Notes under the pieces: generated by a model | Seen by the model: the letters and a program-made list of their open reading frames with translations, nothing else | What the model was told of the DNA's origin: nothing | Database searches by the model: none | Shown: in pieces, positions 27,978-37,120 of the stretch | Numbering within the stretch: position 1 is the stretch's first letter | How the letters are laid out: each line of letters begins with the position of its first letter | NCBI GenBank assembly: GCA_033549325.1 | Contig: JAWSUU010000001.1 | Coordinates: 1-62,648 of the forward strand | Reading direction: 5' to 3' | Origin: Bacillota bacterium | GTDB lineage: Bacteria > Bacillota > Clostridia > Tissierellales > Dethiosulfatibacteraceae | Length of the DNA stretch: 62,648 nucleotides | Translations under genes and position numbers: made by a program

Positions 27978-28739
27978 TAAGTTAAAAAACTTTAAGAAGT
28001 TTTCTGATGTAGCTTCTGCTACCTTGTCAAAAGATAAGTTTTTTATTTCTGCTATTTCACTTGCCACATATCTCACATATGCTGGTTCATTTCTTCTACC
28101 TCTTTTTGGTTCAGGTGATAAATATGGACTATCTGTTTCTATGAGTAAATTTTCAAGAGGAATTTTTTTTACAACTTCCTTAACTCTTCTAGCATTTTTA
28201 AAGGTTACTGGCCCTGCAATAGAAATCATAAATCCTAATTTTATAAACTCTACTGCCATTTCATAACTTCCAGAGTAACAGTGAATTATACCTTTCATCC
28301 CTTCATATTGTTCTTCTTTTAGTATTTGAAGAATATCTCCATGTGCTTCTCTATTATGAACTATAAATGGCAGTTTTAATTCCTTAGCGAGTCTAATCTG
28401 TTTTATAAACCATTTCCTTTGAATATCTCGTGGTGAATTATCATAATGATAGTCTAATCCTATTTCACCTATTGCAATAACTTTTTCTTTTTTTGCTAAA
28501 GATTTAATGATTTGCAAGCTATCTTCATCCATTTCTTTAGCGCTATGAGGATGAAATCCAACAGCAGCATATATATTTTTGTTTTTTTGAGCCGTGTTGA
28601 CTGCTTTAACCGAGGATGTCATATCTGCTCCGGGGTGAAGTATAATTTCTATTCCATCATTTTCCATGTTTTTAATTATTTTCTCTCTATCTATATCAAA
28701 TCTTCTATCATCTAAATGAGCATGACTATCTATAAGCAT
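27975..28739 (-). CDS. tatD: TatD family metal-dependent hydrolase
   Basis: 254 aa. LIDSHAHLD start motif, and the conserved GEIGLDY and IETDSPYL blocks. Classical tatD position downstream of metG. Confidence 0.85.
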   Translation of the reverse strand: MLIDSHAHLDDRRFDIDREKIIKNMENDGIEIILHPGADMTSSVKAVNTAQKNKNIYAAVGFHPHSAKEMDEDSLQIIKSLAKKEKVIAIGEIGLDYHYDNSPRDIQRKWFIKQIRLAKELKLPFIVHNREAHGDILQILKEEQYEGMKGIIHCYSGSYEMAVEFIKLGFMISIAGPVTFKNARRVKEVVKKIPLENLLIETDSPYLSPEPKRGRRNEPAYVRYVASEIAEIKNLSFDKVAEATSENFLKFFNL

Positions 28740-28755
28740 TTTATCACCTTTCTTT

Positions 28756-30726
28756 TTATGATATTTTTGCTCCCTCTGGAATATCTTCTAATGTTGAAAC
28801 TAAAGACAATTTTTTGCCTTTTTCGGCAGCAAGGACCATCCCTTGAGATTTTATTCCTCTAAGTTTCACCGGTTTAAGATTGTATATTACTACTACTTTT
28901 TTATCTATTAAATCCTCCGGTTTGTACCATTTTTTTATTCCTGAAACTATCTGTCTTTCTTCATCGCCAATTTTTATCTTTAGTACGTATAACTTATCGG
29001 CATTAGGATGATCTTCACAACTTAGAATTTTAGCAACTCTAAAATCTAATTTTCCAAAATCCTCAATACTAACTTCCTCAATTTCTTCTACTTTTTCTTT
29101 TGGTTTTTCTTCTACTTTTTCTTTTGGTTTTTCTTCTACTTTTTCTTTTTTGTTTTCCACAATATTATCCTCAATTTCTTTTTGCTTTTTATCTTTGTCA
29201 ATTCTAGAAAATAAAATCTCAGCTTTCCCTACTTTATCTCCTATTTTCATGCCATCAAATTTATTTAGTGAATCCCAGGTATTTATATCTGTATTAAGCT
29301 GATTTAAAATCTTTTCAGCAGTTTCTGGCATAAATGGCTGAAGTAGTACTGCTGAAAATCTGATTGATTCAAGTAAATTGTATAAAACAGTAGCTAATCT
29401 ACCTTTTTTATCTTCCTCTTTACCTAGTATCCAAGGTTGTGTTTCATCAATATACTTATTACTTCTTCTTAAAAGTTTGAATATTTCATCTAGAGAAGCA
29501 GCCACCCTTAGATCTTTCATTTTTTCCTGTAGATTTTTTGGAGTTTCCAGAGCTAAACTTATTAACTCTTTATCTATATCTTCTTTTTCTTCAGGTTTGA
29601 GAATTTCACCATCAAAATATTTGTTGACCATAGTAATTGTTCTATTAACTAAATTACCCAATATATTAGCCAGTTCAGAGTTTATTCTCTCAATTAAAAG
29701 TTCGTAAGTAATAGTTCCATCATTAGCAAAAGGCATTTCATGAAGCAAAAAATATCTAACAGCATCTACGCCAAACAAATTAACTAAGTCATCTGCATAG
29801 ATTACATTTCCTTTTGATTTACTCATCTTGCCTTCTCCTACTAATAACCAGGGATGTCCAAAAACTTGTTTAGGTAATTCTACCCCTAAAGCCATAAGTA
29901 TACTAGGCCAGTAAATAGTATGGAATCTTATTATATCTTTTCCTATCAAATGAACATCTGCCGGCCAGAATTTTTTAAATTTATCGTCGCTTTCTCCATA
30001 AGGATTGTATCCTAATCCTGTAATATAATTACTTAAAGCATCTATCCATACGTATATAACATGTCCTTCATCTATAGTTACTGGTATTCCCCAGTCAAAA
30101 CTAGTTCTTGAAACACATAAATCCTGTAAACCTGGTTTTAAAAAATTATTTAACATTTCGTTTTTTCTGGATTCCGGTTGTATGAAGTTTGGATTTTCTT
30201 CTATATGCTTAATTAATTTATCCGTATATTCACTTAGTTTAAAAAAATATGCTTCTTCCTTAGTGTTTTTAACCTCTCTACCGCAATCAGGGCATTTTCC
30301 ATCTACAAGCTGTCCTTCTGTGAAAAATGATTCACAGGGTATACAGTAGAGACCTTCATACTCATCTTTATATATGTCTCCCTGTTCATATAACTTTTTA
30401 AAAATATTTTGCACAATTTCTTTATGTTCTTTTTCAGTAGTTCTTATAAATCTATCATAGGAAGTATTCATCAAATCCCAGATTCTCTTTATTTCTCCAG
30501 CTATTTCATCAACCAATTCTTGTGGTTTTTTACCTGCTTTTTCGGCATTAATTTGAACTTTTTGTCCGTGCTCATCTGTTCCAGTTTGAAAATATACATC
30601 GTACCCCTCTAATCTTTTAAATCTCGCGATGCTATCTGCTAGTACTATCTCATAAGTATTCCCTATATGAGGTTTACCTGAAGTATAAGCGATTGCTGTG
30701 CTTATATAATATGGTTTTTTATTCAT
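28756..30726 (-). CDS. metG: methionine--tRNA ligase with C-terminal tRNA-binding (EMAP/Trbp111-like) domain
   Basis: Start moved to ATG 30726 (MNKKPYYISTAIAYTSGKPHIGN...) behind AGGAGGA. KMSKS motif and a CxxC knuckle (CPDCG). Lys/Glu repeat linker, then an OB-fold tail. Confidence 0.93.
   Translation of the reverse strand: MNKKPYYISTAIAYTSGKPHIGNTYEIVLADSIARFKRLEGYDVYFQTGTDEHGQKVQINAEKAGKKPQELVDEIAGEIKRIWDLMNTSYDRFIRTTEKEHKEIVQNIFKKLYEQGDIYKDEYEGLYCIPCESFFTEGQLVDGKCPDCGREVKNTKEEAYFFKLSEYTDKLIKHIEENPNFIQPESRKNEMLNNFLKPGLQDLCVSRTSFDWGIPVTIDEGHVIYVWIDALSNYITGLGYNPYGESDDKFKKFWPADVHLIGKDIIRFHTIYWPSILMALGVELPKQVFGHPWLLVGEGKMSKSKGNVIYADDLVNLFGVDAVRYFLLHEMPFANDGTITYELLIERINSELANILGNLVNRTITMVNKYFDGEILKPEEKEDIDKELISLALETPKNLQEKMKDLRVAASLDEIFKLLRRSNKYIDETQPWILGKEEDKKGRLATVLYNLLESIRFSAVLLQPFMPETAEKILNQLNTDINTWDSLNKFDGMKIGDKVGKAEILFSRIDKDKKQKEIEDNIVENKKEKVEEKPKEKVEEKPKEKVEEIEEVSIEDFGKLDFRVAKILSCEDHPNADKLYVLKIKIGDEERQIVSGIKKWYKPEDLIDKKVVVIYNLKPVKLRGIKSQGMVLAAEKGKKLSLVSTLEDIPEGAKIS
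29083..29150 (-). repeat. in-frame 24-nt tandem repeat (~2.8 copies) in the metG linker
   Basis: + strand unit TTCTTCTACTTTTTCTTTTGGTTT at 29083..29106 and 29107..29130, plus a partial third copy. Encodes (KPKEKVEE)n. Confidence 0.9.
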
Positions 30727-30756
30727 GCTTTGTTCCTCCTTTTTTAGTTTTATCAA

Positions 30757-31035
30757 TAATTTAAGATTTTATTAGCAATAAAAAAAGCCTCTTAATAATG
30801 TTAAGAGACGAGTTATCGCGTTACCACTCTTTTTCGTATAAACTTTGCAGTTCATACCTTAGTAGGTAAATTACCTTGGATTTATAACGTAATCCCCCCG
30901 TCACCCTCTAATTATTCAAAGATGAGGCTCCAGGACCATCTTCAGCTTAATATCTAACGCCGCCTTTCAGCTAACACGGCTCTCTTTAGAAAGATGCTTA
31001 AACCTACTCTTCCTTTCACTGCTTTTGAAGTATTA
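30757..31035 (-). promoter_or_regulatory. T-box leader (tRNA-Met-responsive transcription attenuator) of metG
   Basis: On the reverse strand: AGAGAG/GCUGAAAG stem-I elements. A candidate AUG specifier in GAAGAUGG (30939..30937). T-box sequence AGAGUGGUAACGCG (30830..30817). Terminator CUCUUAA-CAUUA-UUAAGAG plus GCUUUUUUU (30807..30781). Confidence 0.8.
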
Positions 31036-31041
31036 TATTAA

Positions 31042-31070
31042 AATATATATAAAAATTTAGACTTTGTCAA
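31042..31070 (-). promoter_or_regulatory. sigma-A-type promoter driving the metG T-box leader
   Basis: Reverse strand: TTGACA (31070..31065), 17 nt spacer, TATATT (31047..31042). Confidence 0.6.
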
Positions 31071-31079
31071 GATTATTAG

Positions 31080-31322
31080 TTATTTTACGATTTCATACAT
31101 ACTCTCTGCTTTATCCTTTGGAGCATGATCAAGTAGTTCTTTAACTATAATTGTCATGGTCTTATCTCCGTATATTATTTCAACCTTATCTCCTATACTT
31201 ACTTCATTTCCAGGTTTAGCCTGACTACCGTTTATTAATACTCTTCCTGATTCACAAGCCTTTTTAGCTGAAGTTCTTCTTTTTATAATTCTCGAATTTT
31301 TTAAAAATTTATCAATTCTCAT
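31080..31322 (-). CDS. S4-domain RNA-binding protein (YabO/Hsp15-like)
   Basis: 80 aa. MRIDKFLKNSRIIKRR S4 motif. Sits in a yabM-yabN-yabO-like block. Confidence 0.75.
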   Translation of the reverse strand: MRIDKFLKNSRIIKRRTSAKKACESGRVLINGSQAKPGNEVSIGDKVEIIYGDKTMTIIVKELLDHAPKDKAESMYEIVK

Positions 31323-31342
31323 AATACCACCTTTCTTAAATT

Positions 31343-31368
31343 AAAAATCAGGCTAACGCCTGACTTTT
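31343..31368 (-). terminator. intrinsic terminator after hup
   Basis: Reverse strand: AAAAGTCAGGC-GTTA-GCCTGATTTTT. Confidence 0.75.
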
Positions 31369-31370
31369 AA

Positions 31371-31649
31371 CTACTTATTAACTGCTTCCTTAAGAGATTT
31401 ACCTGCTTTAAAAACCGGTGCTTTAGAAGCTGGAATATGAATTGTTTCCTTTGGATTTCTAGGATTTCTTCCTTTTCTAGCTTTTCTGTCTCTTACTTCA
31501 TATGTTCCGAATCCCACTAATTGAACCTTTCCACCATCTTCAAGTTCTGCTTGTACTGAGTCCATAAATGCATTCAATGCCTTTTCAGCATCTTTTTTAG
31601 TAAAGCCTGTTCTTTCAGCCATACTTGCTACTAATTCTGCTTTATTCAC
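31371..31649 (-). CDS. hup: HU family DNA-binding protein
   Basis: GTG start at 31649, behind AAGGAGGG, gives the canonical 92-aa HU sequence (MNKAELVASMAERTGFTKKDAEKALNAF...GRNPRNPKETIHIPASKAPVFKAGKSLK). The longer track ORF would overlap mazG. Confidence 0.9.
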   Translation of the reverse strand: MNKAELVASMAERTGFTKKDAEKALNAFMDSVQAELEDGGKVQLVGFGTYEVRDRKARKGRNPRNPKETIHIPASKAPVFKAGKSLKEAVNK

Positions 31650-31702
31650 AAAAAACCCTCCTTGTAAAAATTTTTTTATTATTGCAAATTCCATTTCGGA
31701 AT

Positions 31703-33136
31703 TTATTGCCTTTTTGATTTCTCCCATAATTCATCCATGTCTTCTAGAGACATGTCTTTGAGAGATTTATTTGAGTTATCTTCTATATATTTAAACCTTT
31801 TGATAAACTTATTTACTGTACGATTAAGTGCAATATCAGGATTTATTTTTAGAAATCTTGAGAAATTAACTATTGCAAATAATAAATCTCCCAGTTCCTC
31901 TTCTACTTTATCCTTATTAAATTTATCGTACTCTTTTAACAGCTCGTCAAGTTCTTCATGGATTTTTGATACTGCTCCTTTTATGTCAGGCCAATCAAAC
32001 CCTACTTCTGCTGCTATTTTTTGAATTTTATAACTTTTTGTTAGTGGGGAAAGGGCTTTAGGAACTCCCATCAATTTTTCATGATATGTATCTAATTTTT
32101 TCTCTTTACCCTTAATATATTCCCAGCTTTTTAAAGCTTCATCCACATCTTCTGCCTCAACATCTCCAAAAACATGAGGATGTCTTTCATTAAGCTTTTT
32201 ACATATACCTGTAGATACATCGTATATATTGAAATATCCTTCTTCTCTAGCTATTTGAGCATGAAATACTACTTGAAGAAGCAAATCCCCTAATTCTTCT
32301 ATAAAATTTTCATAATCTTCCTTTTCGATAGCATCGACAACCTCGTAGGCTTCTTCTATTAAACAATCTCTTATTGACTCATGAGTTTGCTTTCTATCCC
32401 AAGGACAACCATCAGGACCTCGAAGTGTTTCCATGGTCTTTAGTAAATTATTTACATTATACAACTCTTTTGTTGATTTTTCAATACTTTCAACAAAAAT
32501 ATATGTAGAAAATGAATATTTTTTTAGTTTATCTACCTTTAAAACAGGTATTTCCATTGTATTCTCTAATATAACATCGATTATGTTAACTTTATGCTCG
32601 TCTCCATAAATTTCTCCCAAATCTAATTTTATTTTTTCAGCAATATCTTTATTGAATATTTGAGTAAATAAAAGATTTGAATTTATATCAATATCGTAAA
32701 AATCATATTCTTCTCCCGATAAAGTTTTTATGTTTTCATTGTTTCCAGCAACTAAACTAACAGCTTTTTGCCAAAAACTTATGCTGTCTATGATTTCTAC
32801 TTTTATATCGTCTACTTTATTTTTTATAAAATATTCTGTAACTACATCTCCGTAATAAGGACTTCCCGGTACATAGTAGTAAATAGTGTTTTCAGTTCTA
32901 AATTTTTTTAATATTTCATCTATTATGCTCTCATAAACTTGGTTTAAATTTTTCATTTCTTCAAAATATTTATCAAAAGTTTCAAATTTTATATTTTCTT
33001 CTCTTAAATATTCAACAAAAGGATGTCTATCAGTTCTTACATATTTAAAAGCATTATCTTTTAGTGTTTTAAATCCTTCTAAAGATATGTCATTAACTTT
33101 TTTAGTTCCTGTACCAATTATTGTAAGTTTTAGCAT
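31703..33136 (-). CDS. mazG: YabN-type protein: tetrapyrrole-methylase-like N-domain fused to MazG NTP pyrophosphohydrolase
   Basis: 477 aa. The C-terminal half has two MazG EExxE/ELGDLL repeats (IEELGDLLLQVVFH, EEELGDLLFAIVNF). Confidence 0.8.
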   Translation of the reverse strand: MLKLTIIGTGTKKVNDISLEGFKTLKDNAFKYVRTDRHPFVEYLREENIKFETFDKYFEEMKNLNQVYESIIDEILKKFRTENTIYYYVPGSPYYGDVVTEYFIKNKVDDIKVEIIDSISFWQKAVSLVAGNNENIKTLSGEEYDFYDIDINSNLLFTQIFNKDIAEKIKLDLGEIYGDEHKVNIIDVILENTMEIPVLKVDKLKKYSFSTYIFVESIEKSTKELYNVNNLLKTMETLRGPDGCPWDRKQTHESIRDCLIEEAYEVVDAIEKEDYENFIEELGDLLLQVVFHAQIAREEGYFNIYDVSTGICKKLNERHPHVFGDVEAEDVDEALKSWEYIKGKEKKLDTYHEKLMGVPKALSPLTKSYKIQKIAAEVGFDWPDIKGAVSKIHEELDELLKEYDKFNKDKVEEELGDLLFAIVNFSRFLKINPDIALNRTVNKFIKRFKYIEDNSNKSLKDMSLEDMDELWEKSKRQ

Positions 33137-33145
33137 GTGTTCCTC

Positions 33146-34753
33146 CTACTTCATTAATCTAAATTTCACAAGAAATCTTTCTATTTTTTCTCCTTTAGGT
33201 AGTAGTTCTAAATCTTTCTTTGTAATAGCCTTTGTTAAAGGAAGGGCTATTATATAAACTACAACTCCAAGAATTACAGATATTAATGCTGATAGTTTCA
33301 TTCCTAAAAATCCGTACATTAATGAGTATCCAGCAAAAACAATGACTCCCATTATTAAAGATGCGGCTAATGGTCTAGGGACTATATTTCTTAGTTTAAT
33401 ATCAATTTTTGTTTTTCTTTTAAGATCTATATAGTTTAATAAAGCTGCCGTAAAGTATGCTGCGATAGTACTGTATGCAGCTCCAGCTACGTTCAAGCTT
33501 TTAATTCCAACTAATATATATGTAAGTATTACCTTTACTAATGCCCCTATCGCCAAGTTCTTCACCGGTATTTTTTGTTTTTCTACAGCTTGCAAAATTG
33601 CTGTCAACGACTGAACTACTGTAAGAAATATTACACTTATTGCCAGTATAGCAAGTAAATAACCTACGCTAACGTGTTTTGCACTACCCAAAGCAGGATA
33701 AAATAAAACTATTATAGGTTCTGCAAGGACGAAAAGTCCAATAGCTGAAGGCAATCCTATAAGCAAAGCTGTTCTTATACCTAAATTAGCAGTCATATTC
33801 AACATTTTGTATTCTTTTCTAGTAAAGGATTCTGTAATGGTCGGTACTAGACTCATAGCTATAGCTATTGAAAATACTTGAGGAAAGTTTATAAATGTTT
33901 GAGCTGTCCCACTTAACTGTCCATATAAATCTGTAGCTTCAATTTCACTGTAACCTATTGCAAGTAGCCTCATAGAGACTAATTTAGCATCTATTAATCC
34001 CATTAATGGAACTATTGATGCCCCAATTGTTATTGGAATTGCAATTTGAAAAAGTCGTTTCAGTACTCTTTTCCAATTTTCCTCTGCATTTTTTTTAGAC
34101 ATATTAATTTTTTCATCAATTTTTTTCTTGTTCATTGTGTAGACTAAAAATATTAAAACAAATCCAGCAATACCTCCGGCTGAAGCCCCAAATGATGCTC
34201 CACCAGCGGCCTTTGGCAAAGATTCTTCTACAAATATATACGCTAAGTAAAGTCCTACTGCAAATCTAAATAGCTGTTCTATAATCTGGGATAAAGCTGT
34301 CGGAACCATATTTTGCATTCCTTGAAAATAACCTCTATAAACAGACATAATTGGCACAAAGAATAATGCAGGTGTCAAGGCAAGCAAAGAGTATGAAGTC
34401 CCAGGATAACCAATAGCTACTGCAATTTGATCTGCAAAAATAAATACAAATACTGATGATACTGCAGCGAGTGTTATTAAAGTTGTCATTGATATTTTAA
34501 ATACCTGCTGAGCACCTTTGAAATTGTCTAATGCTATCTTTTCCGACACCAATCTCGCAATAGCTGTTGGAAATCCAGCGAGAGAAATTACAAGTAATAA
34601 ATTATAAACCTGGTATGCAGGTTGATAGTATCCAATACCCTCTGTTCCTATTAAATTTGTAAGAGGTATTCTATATATTGCTCCGATGATTTTCACAATA
34701 AGTCCAGCTGCTCCTAATACTGCAGCACCTTTAAGAAAGTTTTTATCTGACAT
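33146..34753 (-). CDS. MOP-superfamily flippase (polysaccharide biosynthesis / SpoVB / YabM-like)
   Basis: 535 aa with about 14 TM helices. Sits in the yabM position upstream of yabN. RBS AGGAGGA. Confidence 0.7.
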   Translation of the reverse strand: MSDKNFLKGAAVLGAAGLIVKIIGAIYRIPLTNLIGTEGIGYYQPAYQVYNLLLVISLAGFPTAIARLVSEKIALDNFKGAQQVFKISMTTLITLAAVSSVFVFIFADQIAVAIGYPGTSYSLLALTPALFFVPIMSVYRGYFQGMQNMVPTALSQIIEQLFRFAVGLYLAYIFVEESLPKAAGGASFGASAGGIAGFVLIFLVYTMNKKKIDEKINMSKKNAEENWKRVLKRLFQIAIPITIGASIVPLMGLIDAKLVSMRLLAIGYSEIEATDLYGQLSGTAQTFINFPQVFSIAIAMSLVPTITESFTRKEYKMLNMTANLGIRTALLIGLPSAIGLFVLAEPIIVLFYPALGSAKHVSVGYLLAILAISVIFLTVVQSLTAILQAVEKQKIPVKNLAIGALVKVILTYILVGIKSLNVAGAAYSTIAAYFTAALLNYIDLKRKTKIDIKLRNIVPRPLAASLIMGVIVFAGYSLMYGFLGMKLSALISVILGVVVYIIALPLTKAITKKDLELLPKGEKIERFLVKFRLMK

Positions 34754-34913
34754 TTTTTCCTCCTGTAGTAAATTAAAAAGTGCCTTGCGGCACCCACTAG
34801 AACCCTTGCCGACTTTTCGTGCCTTTCTTAGATCATCAAAAGTCTAGACATTTAGATCCTTCACTATGTTCTGGATGATCCATTCATTTATGCTTAAAGT
34901 TGGAAAGAGTCTA
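34754..34913 (-). promoter_or_regulatory. structured 5' leader with mutually exclusive helices upstream of the MOP flippase gene (unclassified attenuator / candidate riboswitch)
   Basis: 160-nt gap. The terminator hairpin lies only about 20 nt before the RBS. An upstream GGCAC copy can sequester the terminator 5' arm. Further competing helices are GGAUCAUC/GAUGAUCU and GACUUUU/AAAAGUC. Confidence 0.4.
34775..34796 (-). terminator. terminator hairpin inside the leader
   Basis: Reverse strand: GGGUGCC-GCAA-GGCACUUUUU. The GNRA loop has a 5-bp GC-rich core (34793..34780) extendable by G-U pairs. Confidence 0.5.
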
Positions 34914-35504
34914 TTATTTTCTGAATAAATTCTTTGAGAATGTAACGGAATTTCTATTGAATCTACTTCTATTAATCATTAAATTTTGAACTACTAAAAT
35001 AACTCCTATAAAAATCACAATATCTCCAATTGAAACTGCTGATGGAAATAACATCATTCTATTCCATGGAATAAATCCGCCGGCAAAAAATCTTTTGTCC
35101 GGTATTATTTTAAATAGCTTAATGTTACCTTCTGAAAGTAATTGATATATCTCCTTTGAGAAGGCAATCTGAGCTGTATTTTCTGTGATACCTATATTAA
35201 ATCCATTGGTTATAAAACTTATAAGGTTTAATACACCGCCAACAAAAATAATAGGAAGGTACTTAATCTTGAAATTTATAGCTATAGCTATTAGAATCAG
35301 TATATAGGATAAAATTAGTATTACTTCATAGTAGTTAAAATTTAAATCCAGTAACCCTGTGTTTAAAAGCAAAAACGACATCTGAATTAATAAAGAAATT
35401 AAAATTAATAACTTTCCTTTTATAACTACATCTCCAATTTTACGTATTTCACCTTTTCTTATATATCCAATTAATATTCCTATTAATAAACCTTCTAGTA
35501 CCAC
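34914..35504 (-). CDS. hypothetical polytopic membrane protein (DUF5317-like)
   Basis: 196 aa with 5-6 TM helices. The family name is from memory of similar N-termini (LEGLLIGILIGYIRKG). Low certainty. Confidence 0.4.
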   Translation of the reverse strand: MVLEGLLIGILIGYIRKGEIRKIGDVVIKGKLLILISLLIQMSFLLLNTGLLDLNFNYYEVILILSYILILIAIAINFKIKYLPIIFVGGVLNLISFITNGFNIGITENTAQIAFSKEIYQLLSEGNIKLFKIIPDKRFFAGGFIPWNRMMLFPSAVSIGDIVIFIGVILVVQNLMINRSRFNRNSVTFSKNLFRK

Positions 35505-35589
35505 TTTATCCTCCCAATGGTTAATATCATTAACATTATACTTTATAGCCTTTGGTTTTACAAGAATATAGATGCATTTATTTCCAATT

Positions 35590-35622
35590 AAAAAATACTA
35601 TCAAGCCTGATAGTATTTTTTA
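35590..35622 (-). terminator. terminator after kal (bidirectional shape)
   Basis: ATACTATCA / TGATAGTAT inverted repeat flanked by A6 and T6. Confidence 0.75.
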
Positions 35623-35629
35623 ATTATTT

Positions 35630-36022
35630 TTATTTTCTCTGTTTATTTTTAGGTACTATACAAGTTCCTGTTGCTTCACATACTATTATAGGTTCATCTA
35701 ACATATCACATGCTGATTGACTAATATCCGGTCTTGGTAAAACTACTTTTTTTGCTGTGAATTTCATTTTTCTTGATGTATTCCCTATCTTTGTTATTTC
35801 ACCTTCAACCTCTATATAATCTCCTGCATATACCGGAGCTAAAAAATCTACACAATCGTAAGATCTAAAAAGTCCTTCATCTCCGTCGCATTGTATAAGA
35901 AGCTCTGTTGCTATGTCTCCAAATAATCCAAGCATTCTAGCACCATCTACAAGATTACCTCCATAGTGTGCATCCTGAGAACTCATTCTCAGTCTTAATG
36001 TTGCTTTGTATTCTTTTTCCAT
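35630..36022 (-). CDS. kal: 3-aminobutyryl-CoA ammonia-lyase (hotdog fold), lysine fermentation
   Basis: 130 aa hotdog-size protein immediately downstream of kdd. Size and position match Kal of the lysine-to-butyrate pathway. Confidence 0.6.
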   Translation of the reverse strand: MEKEYKATLRLRMSSQDAHYGGNLVDGARMLGLFGDIATELLIQCDGDEGLFRSYDCVDFLAPVYAGDYIEVEGEITKIGNTSRKMKFTAKKVVLPRPDISQSACDMLDEPIIVCEATGTCIVPKNKQRK

Positions 36023-36047
36023 TCATAGTCTCCTTTCAGTTTTGCCC

Positions 36048-37088
36048 TTAGGCATAAATTTCTTGATATAACTCTCTTAATTCTTTGCTATCTCTCATAA
36101 TTTGAAGAGATATCGCAGCATGGTCTTTGGTATATCCATTTCCCATAATCATATTTACATCTTTACCTACACCCTCAGCACCTAAAGCTGCTTTTGTGAA
36201 AGATGTTGCCATAGAGAAAAAATATACTGTACCATTATCTTTACATGATAATATGCTGGACATTTCGCAGTTGGGCATATTAACACAATTGATAACTTTA
36301 TCGCATAATTTTCCATTTGTTGCTTTAGATACTTCTTCGTATACAGCTACTGCATCTGTAGCATCTCCTTCAATAAATACATCTGCCAATCCTAATTTTT
36401 TTATTTTATCTACAGGAGTATTCCAGAAAGTCATACAGATTACTTTTCCAGTTATTCCTGCTCTTTTTTTTGCTTCATATAAACATAACATTCCAGATTT
36501 TCCAGCTCCACCTATTACCATAACCGTATCCCCAGGTTTTACAAGCTTTGCTGTTTGTGCCGGTGCTCCTGCTACATCTAGTACCGAAAGAGCTAAGTTT
36601 TCAGGTAAATCTTCTGGTAGTTTTGCATATATTCCACTTTCAAAAAGTATGGCCTGTCCCTTAATATCTACCTGGTCAATATCCTTTCTAATTTCAAGAA
36701 TTTCATCGATTCTTAGTGGCGTTAGAGATAAAGAAACTAATGTGGCTATTTTATCTCCTACTTTTAAATTTCTATCTTTAAGAGCATCTCCTATCTCTTT
36801 TACCGTCCCAATAAGCATTCCTCCTGAGCCAGTTACAGGATTTTGATGCTTTCCTCTTTCCTCTACAATGCTTTTCATAATTATTTTAATTTTTTCTTCA
36901 TCGCCTCTTGCCTGTTCCTTAATCTGGGTAAAGCTAGCTGAGTCTATGTTTAATGTCTGAACGTCTATGAGTATTTCATTGTCGTATATTTCCATATTGT
37001 TGTTGATCTTAGTTGCAGGTTGAGGTAAAACTCCTTTTGGTTCAAGTACTCTATGCGTACCGTATGGATTTCCTTTTCTATGTATCAT
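36048..37088 (-). CDS. kdd: L-erythro-3,5-diaminohexanoate dehydrogenase
   Basis: 346 aa. The N-terminus GNPYGTHRVLEPKGVLPQPA is characteristic of Kdd. Rossmann motif GGAGKSG. Confidence 0.72.
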   Translation of the reverse strand: MIHRKGNPYGTHRVLEPKGVLPQPATKINNNMEIYDNEILIDVQTLNIDSASFTQIKEQARGDEEKIKIIMKSIVEERGKHQNPVTGSGGMLIGTVKEIGDALKDRNLKVGDKIATLVSLSLTPLRIDEILEIRKDIDQVDIKGQAILFESGIYAKLPEDLPENLALSVLDVAGAPAQTAKLVKPGDTVMVIGGAGKSGMLCLYEAKKRAGITGKVICMTFWNTPVDKIKKLGLADVFIEGDATDAVAVYEEVSKATNGKLCDKVINCVNMPNCEMSSILSCKDNGTVYFFSMATSFTKAALGAEGVGKDVNMIMGNGYTKDHAAISLQIMRDSKELRELYQEIYA

Positions 37089-37120
37089 CTTAACCTCCTA
37101 AAAATTTATATAATAATATA

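Noticed and set aside
29083-29150. Reading the tandem repeat as a CRISPR-like or intergenic minisatellite element.
   Set aside because: The units are contiguous, with no spacers. The 24-nt period is in frame inside metG and encodes a Lys/Glu linker.
31650-31727. The long form of the hup ORF (118 aa, starting MGEIKKAINSEM...).
   Set aside because: The extension would overlap the 3' end of mazG by 25 nt and is not HU-like. An internal GTG with a strong AAGGAGGG RBS yields the canonical 92-aa HU protein.
36127-36846. 239-aa + strand ORF, the longest unexplained ORF in the track.
   Set aside because: It lies entirely antisense to kdd. It has Ser/Pro/Ala/Ile-biased composition and no RBS. AT-rich genomes with GC-poor codons often leave long open antisense frames. 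The same reasoning applies to 42610..43035, 41920..42228, 57742..58137, 7785..8120 and the other short antisense ORFs in the track.
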